From positions 1 through 26,590 of the forward strand of contig JBBDRF010000007.1 in NCBI GenBank assembly GCA_040905565.1: 26,590 nucleotides of DNA. The letters run 5' to 3'. Source of the stretch: Phycisphaeraceae bacterium. GTDB taxonomy: Bacteria; Planctomycetota; Phycisphaerae; Phycisphaerales; Zrk34. Of this stretch, positions 8,942 to 17,140 are shown piece by piece (the stretch's first letter is position 1; every line of letters begins with the position of its first letter). Position numbers and translations under genes: made by a program. Below the pieces are notes generated by a model. It worked only from the letters and a program-made list of their open reading frames with translations. It ran no database searches and was not told the origin of the DNA.

Positions 8942-9364
8942 CTACCCCTCGCCATGCATGACCTGTCGGCGTGGCCACATCAGCGTGTGCATGATCAGCG
9001 CCACCAGCAGTACGACCGCGGTCGGCCACAACGCGTCCCGCGCCAGGCACAAACCAAGGCCGCCCGCAGCGGCGACGGCCAGAAGCCCCCACGCCCAAAC
9101 GTGCCCGAGGAGGTAGCCGATCGGCTCGATCGCGTCGCCGACCCAGTAGCGTTTGAAGATTTCACCCCGCCCGAAGGTGCCAAGGACGACGGCGAGCGCC
9201 AGCCCTCCCACGGCCCAGCCGAACCCGCCGCCGGTGAGCCCGCCGCTGGTGAGCCCGAGCGTCACCGCCCCGGCAATCAGCATCAGCAGGTGCACGATAA
9301 GAAGCCCACCCCAGAGGCGCCACGCCCAAACGGCGGCCTGCTCACGCGTCAACCGATCGTTCAT
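8942..9364 (-). CDS. Hypothetical 4-TM membrane protein (paralog 1)
   Basis: Four hydrophobic segments. Start overlaps the coaX stop (ATGA, 9361-9364). Confidence 0.75.
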   Translation of the reverse strand: MNDRLTREQAAVWAWRLWGGLLIVHLLMLIAGAVTLGLTSGGLTGGGFGWAVGGLALAVVLGTFGRGEIFKRYWVGDAIEPIGYLLGHVWAWGLLAVAAAGGLGLCLARDALWPTAVVLLVALIMHTLMWPRRQVMHGEG

Positions 9365-10128
9365 TGATCCCCCATCGCCCGCCGATGCGCCACGGCCATG
9401 CCTTGCAGCGTAAGGTCGGGGACGATCGCTTCGATGAGTTCGTAGCCTTCGAAGAGCAGGTCTGCGTCGCCGCCGGTGGCGATGATGCGGGGATAACCCT
9501 GGTAGACCTCGGCGTACTTTTCGACGAGTTCGCGGACCGCACCGCGGATGCCGTGGAAGACGCCTGACCGCATCGCTTCGATGGTGTTGTGCCCTATCGG
9601 TTCACTGGGCTTGGCCAGTTCCGCCTGCGGAAGTGCAGCCGTGTGCTGATGCAACGCATTGAGCATGAGCTTGGCCCCGGGCAGGATGGCTCCGCCCTGG
9701 AACGTGCCCTTCCCGTCGACGAAATCGACAGTCACGGCGGTGCCCGCATCGACGATCGCCACGGCCTGCTTGGCACCATCGTAGGCAGCGGCGGCGTTGA
9801 GGAGGCGGTCCTCGCCGACGATCGCTTCGGGATCCAGCTGCCGGCCGATGGGGATTTTGATGTCCTGCTCCATCCGCCAGACGCGTTCGCTGAGCGCATC
9901 GCCGACGGACATGGCCACCGCCTGGGCGACGCTGTCGTCGACGGACGCGAGGTAGACGGCGGGCTCCTCAGTATCGCGGATCGGCTGGTAGAGCTCACGC
10001 GCTGCGTCGGCGATCTCACGGAGTTGGTCGTGAGAAAAGTACCGCTGCTCGACGAGTTTGTCGTCGCGGTAGACGCCGAGTTGCATCCGCGTGTTGCCTA
10101 CACTGATCGCCAGCAGGTTCGCACTCAT
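9361..10128 (-). CDS. coaX: Type III pantothenate kinase
   Basis: ISVGNT (DxGNT variant), VGEDRLL, IVDAGTAVTVD, GGAILPG, IATGGDA, PDLTLQG. Confidence 0.92.
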   Translation of the reverse strand: MSANLLAISVGNTRMQLGVYRDDKLVEQRYFSHDQLREIADAARELYQPIRDTEEPAVYLASVDDSVAQAVAMSVGDALSERVWRMEQDIKIPIGRQLDPEAIVGEDRLLNAAAAYDGAKQAVAIVDAGTAVTVDFVDGKGTFQGGAILPGAKLMLNALHQHTAALPQAELAKPSEPIGHNTIEAMRSGVFHGIRGAVRELVEKYAEVYQGYPRIIATGGDADLLFEGYELIEAIVPDLTLQGMAVAHRRAMGDQ

Positions 10129-10172
10129 TTGAACGGTTCCACATCAAAAACTAAAAATCACCGCGTCCGATT

Positions 10173-11201
10173 TTAGCGCTCGGGCGCATCCATCTTCAGG
10201 CCCTCGGCCTTCAGCACCGCCCAGCAGCGTTCAAGAAGCGCTTCGCAGCCGGTGCCGGTGGCGGCGGAAATCGGCATGACCTCCAGCCCCAGAGCCTGCT
10301 CCATCATCTCCACCGCAACCTGCTGATCTTCCGCATCCCCCATCAGATCCATCTTGTTCAGAGCGATGATCTGACGCTTGCCGGAAAGGTCCAGATTGTG
10401 CTCGCGAAGCTCCCGCCGAATCACATGATAGTTGTCGATCGGGTCGCTGCCGTCGAGCGGTTCCACTTCGAGCACGTGAACAAGGATGCGGGTCCGTTCG
10501 ATGTGGCGAAGGAAATCGTGGCCCAGTCCCGCGCCTTTGTGAGCGCCCTCGATCAGGCCGGGGATGTCGGCCATGACCAGACGGCGGTGACCGGTGAGTT
10601 CGGCGATGCCGAGCTGCGGCTCGAGCGTCGTGAAGGGATAGTCGGCCACCTTCGGCGTCGCTGCGGAAGTGCGCGACAGCAGTGTCGATTTGCCCGCGTT
10701 CGGCTTACCGACCAACCCGACATCCGCAATGAGCTTGAGTTCGAGGCGAAGATGGCGTTGTTCGCCTTTTTCGCCGGGCGTGAACTGGCGGGGGACCTGG
10801 TTCGTGGCGGACTTGAAGCGTTCGTTGCCCTTGCCTGCCTTGCCGCCCCGGGCGATGAGAATTTCCTTGCCGGGATCGTCAAGGTCGACGATGAGCTCGT
10901 CGGTCTCCGCGTCGAACACCAGCGTGCCTGGCGGGACGAGAACGTGCAGGCTGTCGCCGCGTGCGCCGGTGCGCGACTTGCTCATGCCCGGCTCGCCGTG
11001 CTGGGCGCGCCAGTGATGGCGACCGGCCATATCGAGCAGCGTGTCGACGCCGGGCGTGGCTTTGAGGTAGACGTGTCCGCCGTCGCCGCCGTCGCCGCCG
11101 TCCGGTCCGCCCTTGGGGACGTAGGATTCACGGCGGAAGCTGAGGGCGCCGTCGCCGCCGCGTCCGGCCTGCACATAAATTTCCGCACGATCGACAAGCA
11201 T
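10173..11201 (-). CDS. obgE: GTPase ObgE/CgtA
   Basis: Gly-rich Obg domain (GGPDGGDGGDGG), LELKLIADVGLVGKPNAGKST, DYPFTTL, DIPG, NKMD. ATG at 11201. Confidence 0.96.
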   Translation of the reverse strand: MLVDRAEIYVQAGRGGDGALSFRRESYVPKGGPDGGDGGDGGHVYLKATPGVDTLLDMAGRHHWRAQHGEPGMSKSRTGARGDSLHVLVPPGTLVFDAETDELIVDLDDPGKEILIARGGKAGKGNERFKSATNQVPRQFTPGEKGEQRHLRLELKLIADVGLVGKPNAGKSTLLSRTSAATPKVADYPFTTLEPQLGIAELTGHRRLVMADIPGLIEGAHKGAGLGHDFLRHIERTRILVHVLEVEPLDGSDPIDNYHVIRRELREHNLDLSGKRQIIALNKMDLMGDAEDQQVAVEMMEQALGLEVMPISAATGTGCEALLERCWAVLKAEGLKMDAPER

Positions 11202-11309
11202 GACAGAACCTGAGCCTTTTGAGATTCCCAAAGCCATGCCCCGAACGCGCGAGGCCGTGAGATGGCGGCCGCCAGTTACGGGTGTGGCGCTTTGAGCGTA
11301 TGCGGCCAC

Positions 11310-11340
11310 AAAAAAAGAGGGCGCGAAGAACCGCACCCTC
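11310..11340 (-). terminator. Intrinsic terminator after rpmA
   Basis: Minus strand GAGGGTGCG-GTTCTT-CGCGCCCTC followed by T7. Confidence 0.8.
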
Positions 11341-11398
11341 GAGTCGTCATCGTATAAGCCCCGCTGGAGGATCAGCTGGGGCGATCGGCGTGAGACGA

Positions 11399-11659
11399 TC
11401 AGCCCGCGGCGACGGTCTCTTCGACGGGGTCGACGTGGACGCGTCGGCCCGAGAAGCGGACGTGGCCGTCGACCATGGCGAAGAGGGTGTCATCCTTGGC
11501 GCGCTTGACCATGTAGCCGGGTTTGAACTTCGTGCCGCACTGGCGGATGATGATCGAGCCGACCTGCGCGACTTCGCCGCCGTAGAGCTTCACGCCCCGG
11601 TACTGGGGGTTCGAATCGCGACCGTTGCGTGTACTGCCCTGACCTTTTTTATGTGCCAT
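11399..11659 (-). CDS. rpmA: 50S ribosomal protein L27
   Basis: [24 protein letters not shown]...IIIRQ.GTKFKPG...DDTLFA. Confidence 0.98.
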   Translation of the reverse strand: MAHKKGQGSTRNGRDSNPQYRGVKLYGGEVAQVGSIIIRQCGTKFKPGYMVKRAKDDTLFAMVDGHVRFSGRRVHVDPVEETVAAG

Positions 11660-11747
11660 AACTCAACCTGCCATCGTTGCTTCGTGAGGGAATCGTCGTA
11701 GCCGAATAACTGCTCCAGCCGTTCCCGTGGGAACCGCCAGAGCGGCA

Positions 11748-11776
11748 ACTATAGCTTCTCTGGGAAGCCTTTTCAA
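11748..11776 (-). promoter_or_regulatory. Sigma70 promoter of rpmA
   Basis: Minus strand TTGAAA (11776-11771), 17 nt spacer, TATAGT (11753-11748). Confidence 0.7.
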
Positions 11777-11858
11777 CACCCCGTGGCGTTTGGGCGCCTG
11801 CGGGGGTGTAACCGGCTTGGTGACAAACCGGCGCTTTTGTGCAAGGGGCGGAGCCTTC

Positions 11859-12494
11859 TTAGCGGACGACCCATTCGGAGTCGCGCTCGAGGAACTCTTT
11901 ACGGCGCATATTCTCGCCGCTGCCGGGCAGGTCGTATTCGACCATGAGGGTCTTGCGGAGCGAGAGTTCTTCGCCGGTCGACGGATCTTCAACGATATGA
12001 ACTTCACCGCTGAGCCCGGCCGTGAAGAGCCTGAGGTTCCGCACATTGTGCTCGGGCATGCGCCAGATCGCCATCCCGTCGCGGGCGTTGTCCGCGCCCT
12101 GCAGCAGTCGGCCGATGACCTCGGTCGGGCTCTGCAGAAGCGGGTTGGCCTCACGGTTCTGAATCGTCTTAACGACGTAGGGTGCGATACCCTGATTCGC
12201 ATCAAGAACGTCCCCGGCGTCGGTCACGATCGTGAACTCGGGCACGAAATACTGGTCTTCGCCGGTGCGGTTGACCACCTCGTACGTCATGTACCAGTAG
12301 TGGTGCGTGACGTCCTCACCGGGGATTCGGACGGCAATCACGCGAGGCTTGCTGTACTTAAAATCCAGTTCCCAGCTCGAAGGGACGATATCAGGCTGAG
12401 GAGCACGCGTGTGCTGAGCCTCGGCGGTAGGACTGAAGATCGCCAGCAGCAAAGCTGCGGCAACGGCGGTAATCCCAATCGTGCGTCGCATCAT
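11859..12494 (-). CDS. Secreted hypothetical protein (beta-rich)
   Basis: Signal peptide ending AEA, SD AGGAG 7 nt upstream, globular beta-type pattern (YWYMTYEVVNRTG, LRKTLMVEYDLPG). Confidence 0.8.
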   Translation of the reverse strand: MMRRTIGITAVAAALLLAIFSPTAEAQHTRAPQPDIVPSSWELDFKYSKPRVIAVRIPGEDVTHHYWYMTYEVVNRTGEDQYFVPEFTIVTDAGDVLDANQGIAPYVVKTIQNREANPLLQSPTEVIGRLLQGADNARDGMAIWRMPEHNVRNLRLFTAGLSGEVHIVEDPSTGEELSLRKTLMVEYDLPGSGENMRRKEFLERDSEWVVR

Positions 12495-12565
12495 GTCGGC
12501 TCTCCTGGCAGGACAGGTCAACCGATTCTACCATGTCTTCATTAGGTCGTACAGTCGGAGAGAAG

Positions 12566-13576
12566 ATGTTCAGCATCCCACGCAGCGTTCAAGACCCTGA
12601 CCACCCGCCGATGCCCCACGACGCCCCGGCGGGCGCGGAAGCGGATTCCGGCTCAGCGTTCGAACGCGTGGACGAATCACGGCGAGACGCGGCGCTGGCA
12701 CGTCTGCTGGGACAGGGCCAACAGGCGGGCATGGCGGAGGTGCGACAGTTCACTCGGGCCGCTGCGGATCTGGACCTGGCGCTCGATCTGATGTGGGCCG
12801 CGTCGTCCGCGGACGGCTCTTACAAAGCGGTCGTGCTGATCGCACCGCAAGCTGGCGGGACAGGGATGGTCTTCGTGTCCCGGCCGCGAAGCCTCGGAGA
12901 GGTCGGCGTCCACGCGGCCCTGATTGATTTCGCCTGCGAGCAGACACCACCTTCACGTGTGGCCATGGCACAGGCGCTGCTGCCTTTGAACCAGGAACTG
13001 GAACGGGCGGCCCTTGAGCGGGGAAACTTTGAGACATTGGCGACGCTGGCCTACATGCGCCGCCGCGTGAGCATGGCCGATACGGGCGGGTTCATCGACT
13101 GGCCGGAGAATGTCCAGCTGCTCGATTACGAGGAATCACGCCGCCCGCTTTTCATCGCCGCTCTCGAAGCCAGTTATGAGCAGACGCTGGATTGCCCGGG
13201 CCTTTACGGCCGCCGGGATACGGAGCAGGTTCTCCGCGGTCACATGGCCACGGGACTGTTCGAATCGCAGATGTGGACGCTGGTGCTGGTGGATGACGCG
13301 CCGGCAGGTGTGATGCTGTTAAACGCCATTCCGACCGCCGACTGCGTGGAGCTGGTTTACCTCGGGCTGGGCGTGGCGCATCGGGGGAAAGGCTTAGCGC
13401 GGCGGCTGATGCAGCGGGCGTTTCAGCTTTGTGGGCCTCGTGAGGAGAGCTTCCTCAGCCTTGCGGTGGACGAGGGGAACCATCCGGCCCGTCGACTGTA
13501 CGATCGGCTGAACTTCCGGCGTACAACGCGGAAACTCGCTTTGGTGCGGCATCTTAAAGACGCCTCGCCGACCTGA
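12566..13576 (+). CDS. GNAT family N-acetyltransferase (probably tandem GNAT)
   Basis: C-terminal acetyl-CoA motif LGLGVAHRGKGLA and LAVDEGNHPARRLYDRLNF, plus a degenerate N-terminal GNAT. Start uncertain (12566 or 12611). Confidence 0.82.
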   Translation: MFSIPRSVQDPDHPPMPHDAPAGAEADSGSAFERVDESRRDAALARLLGQGQQAGMAEVRQFTRAAADLDLALDLMWAASSADGSYKAVVLIAPQAGGTGMVFVSRPRSLGEVGVHAALIDFACEQTPPSRVAMAQALLPLNQELERAALERGNFETLATLAYMRRRVSMADTGGFIDWPENVQLLDYEESRRPLFIAALEASYEQTLDCPGLYGRRDTEQVLRGHMATGLFESQMWTLVLVDDAPAGVMLLNAIPTADCVELVYLGLGVAHRGKGLARRLMQRAFQLCGPREESFLSLAVDEGNHPARRLYDRLNFRRTTRKLALVRHLKDASPT

Positions 13577-13595
13577 GCGTTCCTTTGTCGCCAGC

Positions 13596-13637
13596 TTTTC
13601 CACAGCTTGTCCATCGCAAGCGAATTGCGGTGGAGAA
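13596..13637. promoter_or_regulatory. DnaA boxes upstream of dnaA
   Basis: TTTTCCACA (13596-13604) matches TTWTNCACA. Weaker boxes: TTGTCCATC (13607-13615) and reverse TTCTCCACC (13629-13637), followed by a T7-AA tract. Confidence 0.55.
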
Positions 13638-13714
13638 AGATTTTTTTAACCGCTCAACTGCTTGCCTTGCCGTGCCCTTCGCCAACCCCCGCCGGTGCAT
13701 GTGCTCACAGGCCA

Positions 13715-13742
13715 TTGACGCTAGGACGGGCCGATCTATCTT
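13715..13742 (+). promoter_or_regulatory. Putative sigma70 promoter of dnaA
   Basis: TTGACG (13715-13720), 16 nt spacer, TATCTT (13737-13742). Confidence 0.55.
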
Positions 13743-13959
13743 ACAAGGGTCGGTCATGGATGATCGGCAGCCATTGCCGCGAGGCATTCGACGAGACGGC
13801 CTGGAACCAAGAGACGGCCTGTTTAACTCGTTGATTGACGCGTCGGCGCATCGGACGGATCCATATCGTTGTTTCGCCGCCCCAGGGGACTTCTTCACGG
13901 GCGGCGCGATGCAATCCGATTCTTCACCCCTCCGCCAATTGCTCCTAGGGGGAACCCGA

Positions 13960-15465
13960 GTGGCTCCATCCGCGCTCCGTCATCACGATAACGTTACCGT
14001 CGATCTGGCTGGACAACTGATCCAGAGTATCGGCAAAGCCAAGTTCGACCTTTGGTTCGGCTCTGCAGAATTTAAGCTCACCGACAAGAATCTTCAGGTT
14101 TCTGTGCCCAACCGCTTCGTGGCGGATTGGGTCGATACACGCTTTCACGACACGCTGGCGCAGATCGCCCGACGCGAAATCGGCGACTCAGCAGGTGTCC
14201 GCATCGACATCGCCCCCCCTACCACGACTCCCTCCTCTGACCAGACGCCTGCCCCGACGTCGCCCGCGACCCGGTCGACTGGCACAGCGCCGCTTCATGA
14301 CGCTCAGCCCAAACGGCAGCCGGTCACCGCGGCCTCACCCCCGGCCCGCCATCCGCTGGCGCCCCCAGCCATCGACCACAGCGACACGCGAAGCCTCCGC
14401 TATGACCTGAACGACTTCGTCGTCGGCCCCTCCAATGAGCTGGCGTACACGGCCTCCTGCCGGCTGATCGAAGAGGCGGACCACGGTATGAACCCGCTGT
14501 TCATCCACGGCGGCTGCGGCCTCGGCAAAACGCACCTCCTCCAGGGCCTGTGCAAACGCTACGCTCAGCAGCATCCCGACAGCCAATGGTCCTACACCAC
14601 CGCAGAGCAGTTCACCAACGAGTACATCGCAGCGGTGCGGGCGAACCGGCTCGGCGAGTTCCGCCGAAAGCTGCGCCGGCTGGATCTGCTGGCGCTGGAT
14701 GATGTGCACTTCCTGGCGAACAAAAATGCCACGCAGACCGAATTCCTCCACACCTTCAATGCCATGGATCTGCAGGGCGCGAAGGTGGTAATGGCCTCCG
14801 ATGCCCACCCCAAGCAGATCGAGCAGTTCTCCGAAGCGCTGGTCAGCCGATTCGTCAGCGGCATGGTGGTGCAGGTGCACAGCCCCGACGCGGAAACCCG
14901 CCGACAGCTGGTGAGCACGCTCGCCGATCGCCGCCGACTGACCATCACGCCTTCGGGTATGCAGCGGCTCATTGAGCAGCCGGTGAATTCCGTCCGCGAA
15001 CTCGAAGGCCTGATCACACGGCTGGGAGCGATCGCTTCGCTGGATCGCCATCGTGGCAACAAGGCGATCGACCTTCCGTTGATCGAGCAGGTCGTCAAGC
15101 CCTCCGCTCAGCCCACGCCGAGGCCTGTACCGGTTGAGCGGATTGTGCAGACGGTCTGCGATCAGCTCGGCGTGGAACGGCAAACGCTGATGGGCCGCGG
15201 CCGCCACAAACGCGTTGTGCTGGCGCGGTCACTGGTGATCTATCTCGCCAGGCAACTGACCACGCTCAGCTTTCCGGAACTGGCGCGGGCGCTGGGCCGG
15301 CGTAACCACTCGACGATTGTGACCGCCACCCGCCGCATCGAGCAGCAGATCAAGGACCGTCAGCCTCTGCCGTTGATCGAAGGCATCGATTGCCAGAGCG
15401 TCGACCAACTCGCCTCCCAGCTCCGCCGACAGGTGGTGGCTTCGATCCAGTCACTTCGCCACTGA
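13960..15465 (+). CDS. dnaA: Chromosomal replication initiator DnaA
   Basis: Domain I (FDLWF, VPNRFVADW), Pro-rich linker, FVVGPSN, NPLFIHGGCGLGKTHL, LDDVHFL, SRF, VRELEG, domain IV RNHSTIV. GTG 13960 follows AGGGGG; in-frame ATGs at 13909 and 13756 are alternatives. Confidence 0.95.
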   Translation: MAPSALRHHDNVTVDLAGQLIQSIGKAKFDLWFGSAEFKLTDKNLQVSVPNRFVADWVDTRFHDTLAQIARREIGDSAGVRIDIAPPTTTPSSDQTPAPTSPATRSTGTAPLHDAQPKRQPVTAASPPARHPLAPPAIDHSDTRSLRYDLNDFVVGPSNELAYTASCRLIEEADHGMNPLFIHGGCGLGKTHLLQGLCKRYAQQHPDSQWSYTTAEQFTNEYIAAVRANRLGEFRRKLRRLDLLALDDVHFLANKNATQTEFLHTFNAMDLQGAKVVMASDAHPKQIEQFSEALVSRFVSGMVVQVHSPDAETRRQLVSTLADRRRLTITPSGMQRLIEQPVNSVRELEGLITRLGAIASLDRHRGNKAIDLPLIEQVVKPSAQPTPRPVPVERIVQTVCDQLGVERQTLMGRGRHKRVVLARSLVIYLARQLTTLSFPELARALGRRNHSTIVTATRRIEQQIKDRQPLPLIEGIDCQSVDQLASQLRRQVVASIQSLRH

Positions 15466-15568
15466 CGCCCGGCATGGGCGGTCTTCGTTGGCGCCCCCAT
15501 TTCGTTCGGCGCGCCGCCACGGCTGAGATTGCCTTGCCGCTTTGGCTACCGAGATTACAATGTTTGAC

Positions 15569-17062
15569 ATGAGACACGCTGCCCGTTTCCTACTTGTTGT
15601 GATGCTGTCGATCGCCGCGCCTACGCAACCCGCGTCGGCGCTGGATGAATCCGGTCGCAGTGCCGCCTGGCTTCTGGAGCGGGCCACGCTTGTCCATGAC
15701 AACGGGATGCACAACGTGCTGCTGCGCGCCCTTCGGCAGATGCGCGACCCCGAACTCAAGCCCTTCTTCGAGCATCTGGTTCAGCGTAACCATCCCACGC
15801 TCCGCATCCATGGCGTCCTCGGTCTCGCAGAGATCGATCCCGAGACGCAGCTGGATCTGGAACTGCTGGCCGACCTGGAAGACGCCTCGGTTCAAGCGCA
15901 ACTGGTTTCTTCCGCGATCGAAAACGATCTGCTGACGCTGGAACAATGCGAGCAGCTGATCGGCTGGCCCGGCCTGGATTCCGCAGTAAAAATCATCGTG
16001 GCGACCCGCCTGATCAGCGAAGATCAATCCGTCGATAGTGACGTGCTTAGTGCGGCGCAGGACGGCGATAACCAGGCGATGGCGGGCATGGCCGCCCTGC
16101 TCAAAATGCAACAGGGCGACGTCGACGCGATCACCCACCTCAACAGCTTAAGTCTTTCAGAAACACCCGGCCGCGACAACGTCCGGGCCATGCTCCTGCA
16201 GACCGCGGTTCGTTTCGAGTTCAAGACAATCGGTCCCTGGGCACTGCAGGTGGCGCAGGAGCCCCGAACAAACGATTCGCTCAGGCTGCTTGGGCTGCGG
16301 ACGGCCATCCGCTTCGGGACCCCCCAGTCGGTAGAGGCCTGGACGCAGCGGTTCGAATCGTCGACCTCCCCAGCCGACCGGATTCGGCTCGCGGTGATGG
16401 CGATGGATCTGGCGGATAAGCTGAACCCCGCCCTTTTCGATCTGCTGCTGGCCGACAACCAACCGGTGGTGCAGCAGATGGGGCGCGTGGGCAAGCGGCT
16501 CGCCAACGGCGAATCAGGGCGGGAACAAATCCTCAACCTGCTCGAGCACAACCATCTCCTGGCGGGCAAATGGGTGCTCGAGTACGCCAAGCGTCTCCCC
16601 ATCGACGACGCGCTGGCGATGCTGGTGGGCGTGATATTGGCGGCGGAAGGTGATGAGAACCCCGTGCGTTTTCGCGGTCAGCGGCTGGAGAACGCCGTCA
16701 TGGCCGCTCAGGATATCGCTGAGCGAGCGGAGCAGGCGGGGGCGCTTATTCCACAGCTGATCGAATCAAGCCCCGACCTCACGCAGGAAGCCATCCTGAT
16801 GGGGTTGATTCGTTCCAAGCACGATCAGCCTGAACGGTTGATTGCCGACATCCACGCCTGGCCAAGCGATACGGCCGCTGCACTGGCGCTGCTGCTCAAC
16901 GCCAAGCACGGCAACGCCCCGACGGGCAATGAGCTTCAGGACCTGGCGCTGATCGTACGTGGCGGTGCGGGCCTTCAGGAGCCGTTGCGTGTACAGGCGG
17001 CTTGGATCTACCTTAAAGTGACCGAACAAACACGCGAAGCGCTCGCCGACGTACTCAGGTGA
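15569..17062 (+). CDS. Secreted alpha-helical (HEAT-repeat-like) hypothetical protein
   Basis: Signal peptide ending ASA, amphipathic Leu/Ala-rich helices (LRALRQMRDP, LRIHGVLGLAEI, LRVQAAW). TACAAT lies 7 nt before the ATG. Confidence 0.78.
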   Translation: MRHAARFLLVVMLSIAAPTQPASALDESGRSAAWLLERATLVHDNGMHNVLLRALRQMRDPELKPFFEHLVQRNHPTLRIHGVLGLAEIDPETQLDLELLADLEDASVQAQLVSSAIENDLLTLEQCEQLIGWPGLDSAVKIIVATRLISEDQSVDSDVLSAAQDGDNQAMAGMAALLKMQQGDVDAITHLNSLSLSETPGRDNVRAMLLQTAVRFEFKTIGPWALQVAQEPRTNDSLRLLGLRTAIRFGTPQSVEAWTQRFESSTSPADRIRLAVMAMDLADKLNPALFDLLLADNQPVVQQMGRVGKRLANGESGREQILNLLEHNHLLAGKWVLEYAKRLPIDDALAMLVGVILAAEGDENPVRFRGQRLENAVMAAQDIAERAEQAGALIPQLIESSPDLTQEAILMGLIRSKHDQPERLIADIHAWPSDTAAALALLLNAKHGNAPTGNELQDLALIVRGGAGLQEPLRVQAAWIYLKVTEQTREALADVLR

Positions 17063-17140
17063 TCGCAGCCGCTGTTTCGCGTTGATTCAACCTATGATCG
17101 GCCACCGCAGCAACGAGGTGTTGCCAGTTCAGGAATAGAT

